From Macrostomum lignano (taxonomy: Eukaryota): a DNA stretch of 51,001 nt. Shown here piece by piece: positions 44,601 through 51,001 of the stretch. The position numbers and the translations under genes are program-made. Where the stretch lies: contig NIVC01003657.1 in assembly GCA_002269645.1 (NCBI GenBank), positions 1 to 51,001 of the forward strand, written 5' to 3'. The notes below the pieces were generated by a model. That model searched no databases. It was not told the origin of the DNA and saw only the letters and a list, made by a program, of their open reading frames with translations. Within the stretch, counting starts at the first letter, position 1. Every line of letters starts with the position of its first letter.

Positions 44601-46748
44601 AATGCCTCTGGGAACATCATTGAGCAAATTAGACGCCCACTGATGGTCCAGAGAGCCAAGCTCTCTGGCAGTTGCAACGAGACAGACTTTTTCTGTGCGG
44701 TCTAGTGCCTACGCAAACATAGGCTCCAGTGAGGTACTTTTCAGTCAAACAGATGAGTAACTGCAATATTTGATGTGTCAGTGACTGCAATTTAGTTATT
44801 GCGCGTATTCTGCCATATTAGCCGTATATGGAATTAGATACATTTCCCTAAGTGCGAGCTGGTATGATTAAAACCTTGGAATAATTGAAGTATTCGTCAA
44901 GCGCGTCGAAGCACAGAAGTGCATTCGTTGAAACTTGACGATACATTAAAATCTTTCGGGTTTTTCCCCACAAACCGTTTCAGCGCAAGCCGCTGTACTA
45001 CGAGATCAACCTCATCATGCCCTGCATCGCCATCCTCATTGTGGCCCTGTTCGGCTTCCGACTGCCGCCCGAGTCCGGCGAGCGGATCTCCTTGTGCGTC
45101 ACGGTGCTGCTGGCGCTCAGCGTATTTCTGCAGCTGGCCAGCGAGCACACGCCGACTCAGAGCGACGTTGTGCCGCTCATCTGTGAGTTTCTGTCGTGAA
45201 CGTGGCGAAGGGAATGATGAGGCAAGCTCCGTGTCTCGAACTCCTAAGTTATCCTACCGCTGCCACACCAACATACTTGTGCAAGATGCAGATACGGTAG
45301 CTCAAGCTGCTCAGCAGTAACCCCCGTTGCCTCTACTGCCTGTGCTAATTAGAGCTGGGATGGTACAAGTTCTGTACTTGGGGTTTTATAAAGTACGATC
45401 GGCTGAAATGGCTAGCAGACCAGGCAGAAGTCATTTGGCTGCACTTCAAGGCGGGTCACATCGGACGCAATTGTAATTTGTAATTTATAGTATACGTGTG
45501 GATTCGGGATTAAAACAAACAACTAGTGGAAAGTAGTTGAAGCAAATGAAGATGAAGTCAATTCGGTGTGAGCAGCAATTCGAAGTCGGCGTCATCCCTC
45601 ACCGTGACTTAAAAGTATCCATTTGCCCTCGACGTCCGTCCAACGTCGGGTACGTTTCGTACGTCGGCCCTCTTACGTCGGGTCGGGTAAATCAAAGTCC
45701 ACATTTGATTCAAGGATAGGCAGATGATCAAAGCTTTGCTATCTAACCAATCAACTATTAGCAGACGCGTCGGTGCAGGGAGGTAAAAACCGAAACAAAA
45801 ACCAAAACCAAAACCAGCAAGCCAAAGGTCTTACTTTGAATAACCAATTATGAAGCATGCTCCCAATCTCGGGTGGCTTAATTTTTTTACTCGGAAAAGT
45901 TAAAAGCAATACTACCATAGGCTGCATTGACTCATTCAATTCTATACTAAAAAATATTTATTTTTCAGCTCGCTACTTCATGGCCGCCATCGGAATGTCC
46001 TCAATGTGCGTGCTGGGCAGCATCTTGGTCCTGCTGCTGCACTTCAACGGCAAGCAGGCCAGACCGATGGGCTCCAGAACTGAGCTGTTCTTCACTCTGC
46101 TGTGCCGCCTCATCTGCTACCCGGGCTTCGAGGAATCTGGCGCCTGCCGGGGCGGCAACCGCAGCGATAGAGTTCGCCCCGATGTCAGCAGAAAACTAAA
46201 TGCAACTGTGAAGCACTGGGTTAGTTGTCAGGGAGTTAATGGGGTTTCCTAAAAAGCCTTCATAGCCTCCATGCTACCCACCAGCCTTCCCCATGTGAAT
46301 CCGACAGGCCAACCCGAGCAAAAATAGCAGCGGACGAAGCACCGGCAGTCGCTCGCCTCAAAGTTCCACCACAGCCATCAACAATGACATGGAGGTCGAG
46401 GAAGTTGATATAGCTCAATACAGAGTTCGACCTGCTCCTACAGTCCAGGCCAAGGTGCCACCGACGCTGCCTCCACCTCAGCAGCTGCCAGAGTGGGCCG
46501 CTGATGCTCTGGATCGGGTTGATGCCACATTATTTGACATTCGCTTAGCTCTGGCTCGGTCGCAGGACTCAAAACGACGTGAAAGACGCTGGGAGGACGC
46601 CGCCCAGGTCACGGACCGGCTGCTATTCTACATAGCCATCACCGGCTTCATCGGACTCAGCGTCGCGGTCTTCATGGTGCGGCCCAGCGAAGCCATCAGC
46701 GCCGCCGCCAACTGCAAGCAGCTGCGCGCCGCTACGATGGGCACCTGA
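41645..46748 (+). CDS. Nicotinic acetylcholine receptor alpha-type subunit (534 aa, 7 exons)
   Basis: Exons 41645-41848, 42239-42283, 42373-42500, 42825-43161, 44984-45182, 45969-46219, 46308-46748 sum to 1605 nt. Signal peptide, WKPDLVVYN, Cys-loop CAINVEYFPYDKQSC, GSWTMDG, loop C YACCSAPYPD, M1-M3, M2 SGERISLCVTVLLALSVF, and WEDAAQVTDRLL plus M4. Confidence 0.96.
43235..43661. repeat. 11-bp minisatellite (GGTGTACCGAT and variants, ~39 units) in nAChR intron 4
   Basis: Direct reading; includes GGTGTGCCCATAGTGTTCCGAT 22-bp variant doublets. Confidence 0.95.
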
Positions 46749-47916
46749 CGAGGAGATGTTTGAGTCTCAGGTGACTTTCCAAAAGCATCTGAATCGCGAG
46801 TTATGAAGGCAAAGACAACAATTTCGAAGCAGCAGGTTTTTATTTAGACCTTCAGCAGTTTGCTGAAGCAGAAATTTGACAATGTTTTCCACTGAAAATG
46901 CTGGAGAGAGTTTCGGAACTACTAATATAGTTCTTTGTTAATTTGCAACTGCTTGATACATGTACTGACTGTAAGCCTAAATTCAGTCTTAACCTGCTCG
47001 TCTTGTATGGTTTGTGCAGGGTAGCGCTACGGGCATAGATTATTTTTATTTGAACGAATAGCCTAATGGAGTACACATTTCGCAGTGCACCCCTACACGT
47101 ATTTTTAATGCCGGTCAATTACTATGAGTAGTGCTTATTAAACCAAACACCCTTCTTTGACTTTATCAATTTATGCCATCATTAATATTCCTACCAATAT
47201 GCCATGCATAATCACTTTCTAGGTTAGCTGTTCTACATATTCTTACGCATGAAATGCATAAAAATATTGTTATTATTAACAGTAATATTTTATTAATTCT
47301 TAAACACACAAAATACGTTATTTTTGAGCGATTGCAATATTATCTTACAAAGCCTTCTTTCCCCAAAAATTCGACTACAAAGAAAGTTTCAAATCGTGAT
47401 GTTCATTACATATTACCTATCAAAGTGCTTAAAGCAGGAACCAAAACCAAAAGTCGGATCTGCCCTCGCTGTACAGCGAAGTCGGTGAAGCACCGCACCT
47501 GTTCGCGTGTGCGTCTCACTTCCAGTGCATGGCTCTGCTCTTTTCAGCAGATGTAAAACTTTACAACCTGCTTCTAACATTCCGACTGTTCAACGTCTTT
47601 CTACGTCTGCCATGTGTTGAACCAGTCTCTCTGCTGGATCACTCTACTGAATAACTAATATTTCATAGACATCCATAGTCAACTTGCTTTATTGCACTTC
47701 CTGTAAGAATTATTTTCTCTTTCTACGCTCGTAATTGGCGAATTTTAGCCATAGAAGATTGAAGTTTCCAAATCGATTTGTAGTGACTGGCTGCTAACTG
47801 GCTATTCAGCAGCATTCACTAGCTTTCTTTAAGAGCTCTGTGTTCCGCTGCACAGCAGCTCAGTCCACCTGACCTAGAGAGAGACACCCTGTGCTGGGCC
47901 TAAGTGTTTACTGCCC

Positions 47917-48281
47917 GATGACTCATCGCCCGAGCAGGCGCGGGCAGCCACACACAACAATGTCTTCCCACTCGCGCTGAGGAGGCATAGCAGGATGACT
48001 CATCACCTGCCCTGAGTGTAATGGCTGCCTAGAGGGAGTAAACAGGATGACTCATCCGCCCAAATCTATTTTTAGCACAGAAAAGCACGTGACTATGCAC
48101 GCTAGTTGTGCGTTTCAGCTGACCTTGAGTCCCGCCACGGCGGCGTGACAGGGTTACCTTATTTGGAAGTTGGCCTTGAGTCACGCACCTCTCGCACGAC
48201 TCGAAGGACCAAATAAGGAAGTTTCACGCGCTCACCGCATGAAACTCACGTGACTTTTGGGGGTCCGATCGGCTATAAATA
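47917..48281 (+). promoter_or_regulatory. Cluster of AP-1 sites and E-boxes followed by a TATA box
   Basis: GATGACTCATC at 47917, 47994 and 48046; TGAGTCA at 48177; CACGTGAC at 48086 and 48247; TATAAATA at 48274. Function not shown; part may be a dispersed repeat. Confidence 0.4.
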
Positions 48282-48783
48282 CAGAGCATCTGGGAGCCGT
48301 TTTTCCCCAGATCGTCGTGCTTCGAGCGTTCGCGTCTGTCCGGCGACCGGAGCTGCCTCTCTGCCTCCGAGCTCTCCTCTCTCATTTCAGGATTTCAGGT
48401 TTTTCAGGTTCGAGCAGCAATTTTAAGAACGATCAACTGTCCAGACATTTTCAGATTTGCAAAATCTTCAAGTCAAACTGCCTACGATGCTATGCTCCAC
48501 GGTTAATACTCAGACTGTGCAGGTGAAAGTTTTTCGCGTCAATTTGCACCTTTTAAAATCTGTTCATTGACAAATCTACAAATGTTTGTAGATTCGGAGT
48601 TCCGGAAGTTTCTAGAGAATTCATATTGTGCTGGTGTGGCCTCGGCAAGCATTCATGCCATAAATATAAATACACAATCTTACCTTATCCGAAAGCTCCC
48701 ATGAAAAAAAATTTCTGCTTTACTTTCAATAACAAATTTGAGTTAAATATTACTTTTGAGTCTAAAGATGAGTTTCCCTACTC

Positions 48784-49086
48784 ATCCTTTCAGCGGTAGA
48801 GAAACAGAGCTCGAATTTTCCTTCAATACGCCACAGTTCGGTCCGACGGCTCCGTGCAGCTGAACACGCCCTATCTGTTGAAGACTTCGTGCAGCTGAAC
48901 ACGCCCCATCTGTTGAAGACTTCCGACTGCTCCGACAGTCAAGGCCAAAATGATGCCCCAACAGCTGCCGCAATGGGCTGCTGATGCTTTAGAATCAATC
49001 GAGTTGATGCAACCAAGAAGTCCAAGCTGCGCGAGCGTCTCTGGGAGGACGCCGCTCAGATTTCGGGACCGGCTGATGTTCAACAA
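48784..49086 (+). pseudogene. Relic of an nAChR paralog: exon-4 homolog fused to exon-7 homolog
   Basis: TTTCAG acceptor, then GAGAAACAGAGCTCGA...TACGCCACAGTTCGGTCCGACGGC (matches 42830-42880). After a 35-bp tandem duplication comes CAGCTGCC..TGGGC.GCTGATGCT...TGGGAGGACGCCGC.CAG...GGACCGGCTG (matches 46430-46625). Confidence 0.88.
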
Positions 49087-49255
49087 GTGTAGATTGGCTG
49101 GCCAATCGCTGTTAGCGGGGCCGGGGGGCTTGTCGTCGCCCTGTTTGGGGGTGCTTGGTCCGGGGGTGGGTGCGCCGCCCCCGGGGCGGGGGTGGGTGTC
49201 TGTGGGGCCTTTTTAGCCCCGTGCGTTGTGCTCAACTCAACTTACTCTGGGTACT

Positions 49256-50248
49256 ATGAGTTTGCGTAGGATGACTGTAAATCAGCTACGTGAAGAATTG
49301 AGTGATAGGGGCCTGAGCACGCACGGCTACAAGAAAGACCTGGTCAGCAGACTCTCCACTGCGATGAACCAGAGCGAAGCAGCTAGTCGGCGGGAACAAG
49401 CGGCGTCAAACTCCGCGGAGACCGACAGCGAAGGTCGGCGGCAGCAGCAGCAACAACGGCTGGAGGCAGGGGAGGCGCTGGACCTAGCAGAGCTCCGGCG
49501 GAAGATAGCTAGCCTGGAATCGGAGACGGCAGCAATGCGCCAGCAGCTGGAAGGCCGATTTAGACCAGGTGAGGTGGACCAACAGCTTCTTAATGAGCCC
49601 TCTGATTTTAGTAGCGACATGAATATCCCGAGTATGCTCAGAGGTCCCGGGTTCGAGACCAGGCTCGAGCCCTCAGTAGCTCAACTAGGGCTACGGGCGG
49701 CACCACTCGTCGTTGCGGATTTCTGCGGTTGCGACCCTCGGACGGCGCCGGCGAGTCGTAGGGAAAAGGTGCTGCATCCAACCGCCAATCAGCCTAAACC
49801 CGAATCGCTGGGAATCGGTCAGTGGATAGTCGGCAACGCGCGCATCCTCGACGCCCTGATCTCTAGGGGACAGCTCGACCTGGAAGGCGTTCGGCAGTAC
49901 TTGCAGTACAATGTGCAGATCGGTGAGCTGGTCGAGGCAGGTTACGACACCACCAGGATCATGCGGTTCGACGACGCATTTAGAAGAGAGCAGCAGGCGG
50001 GCATGCAAGACTGGGCGCGACCGAGTTTCTCGCTGGTGGCACGGCACCTCATCGCCCCGCAGCAGACTCCACAACATGCCCGTTCTCGCATGGACAGGAA
50101 GATTCCGGTGATCCAAGGTGCGCCCGTGTGCCTCAAGTTCAATACCCGTGGTGGCTGCAAGTTCCAGAATTGCAAGTACACTCATGCGTGCCGGGTCTGC
50201 TTGCGCTCGGACCACGGCGAGACGCAACACGCGGCAAAAAACGAATAG
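49256..50248 (+). CDS. ORF1 (gag-like) with N-terminal SAP domain and C-terminal Cys/His finger
   Basis: MTVNQLREELSDRGLSTHGYKKDLVSRL (SAP); FDDAFRREQ; CLKFNTRGGCKFQNCKYTHACRVCLRSDH. Confidence 0.85.
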   Translation: MSLRRMTVNQLREELSDRGLSTHGYKKDLVSRLSTAMNQSEAASRREQAASNSAETDSEGRRQQQQQRLEAGEALDLAELRRKIASLESETAAMRQQLEGRFRPGEVDQQLLNEPSDFSSDMNIPSMLRGPGFETRLEPSVAQLGLRAAPLVVADFCGCDPRTAPASRREKVLHPTANQPKPESLGIGQWIVGNARILDALISRGQLDLEGVRQYLQYNVQIGELVEAGYDTTRIMRFDDAFRREQQAGMQDWARPSFSLVARHLIAPQQTPQHARSRMDRKIPVIQGAPVCLKFNTRGGCKFQNCKYTHACRVCLRSDHGETQHAAKNE

Positions 50249-51001
50249 CCGCGGCTCCAGTGGCCCCGGCAAGCTGGCAGCCGCAAATTATAATCCCAAG
50301 TTTTTACTCCATTCGCGACATCAATTTCAATCCGAGTGGCTCCCTTGACGCAAAAGACTGGGCGAAGGAGCTGGACGGCGACTCCGACGGGCCTTTTTTA
50401 ATTGACGGAGTCCAAAACGGCTTCGCGCTCACTACTGAAACAGATTTTAAGCCTTCCGAAGTTGAGAACTACTCGTCCGCCATTGAGTACAAGACGCTGG
50501 TTGAAGAGCAATTGCAGCGTGAGATCGCCAGCGGGCGGTATGTGTCAGTCAGCCGACGTCCGTGCAAGATCTCCGCGCTTGGAGCCATCCCGAAAGAGGA
50601 CGGTGGAGTCCGTATCATCCACGACTGCAGTCGTCCGGAAGGCTGTGCGGTCAACGACCACTTTATCGCAGACCACAAGATTAAGTTTGAAACGGTTAGC
50701 GGCCTCTGCTCACAACTCAAGCCCGGTGACTTCACGGCCAAGATCGATCTCAAGGAGGCGTATCGCTCAGTAGGTGTTCATCCTTCTTCTCTCGACGCTC
50801 TGGGCATCAAATGGCAATTTAGCGGTGACAGCGAGCCTACCTACCTGGTCGACACCCGCTGAGCTTCGGCGCTGCGGCCTCGGTGTACCATTTCAACAGG
50901 CTGTCTAAGGCGGTGGTGCGCATGATGCAACGGCGCGGGTTCACCTGCGTTGGCTACCTCGACGACTTCGCTGTGGCCGGGAGCACCTACGAGTCCTGTG
51001 T
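50128..51001 (+). pseudogene. ORF2 reverse transcriptase with a 1-nt frameshift at ~50859
   Basis: ISALGAIPKEDGGVRIIHDCSRP, AKIDLKEAYRSV, DTR/LSFG (frameshift), then GYLDDF. Confidence 0.88.

Larger units (their letters stand above)
49090..51001 (+). mobile_element. 5' part of a DIRS/Ngaro-type (tyrosine-recombinase) retrotransposon, running off the window
   Basis: GC-rich leader, gag-like ORF1 ending in a CCCH-type motif, and an overlapping RT ORF of DIRS/Ngaro type. RNase H, recombinase and terminal repeats would lie beyond the window. Confidence 0.8.

Noticed and set aside
47830-48060. Hammerhead ribozyme suggested by GATGAG motifs on the minus strand
   Set aside because: No CTGATGA core paired with a correctly placed GAAA and stems; 38440-38540 fails the same test.

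Overview
Eukaryotic (metazoan) genomic DNA with short spliceosomal introns. A flatworm such as Macrostomum is my inference from gene style and repeat content; it is not proven. About half of the window (2291-28082, +) is one 39-exon gene for a giant secreted protein of about 5,700 aa: signal peptide - degenerate vWA - Cys hairpin/EGF-like modules - VWD/C8/TIL - 2 ShKT - roughly 90-100 disulfide beta-hairpin modules arranged in alternating cationic (R/K/H) and Thr/N-glycosylation-rich blocks - ShK-like/PAN/ShKT/ShKT. Downstream are two 18-bp satellites; a secreted WSC-domain gene with a cationic Cys-hairpin tail; a TSD-flanked Ty3/Gypsy element whose RT region is internally inverted; a TSD-flanked LINE 3' end; a CORE-like SINE piece; a very short brakeless/ZNF608-like gene without its zinc finger; a complete 7-exon nicotinic acetylcholine receptor alpha-subunit gene; a fused relic of an nAChR paralog; and the 5' part of a DIRS/Ngaro-type retrotransposon whose ORF1 begins with a SAP domain. 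No CRISPR array, rRNA or tRNA gene was recognised. All gene models were spliced by hand from GT/AG sites and reading-frame continuity; no database search was run.
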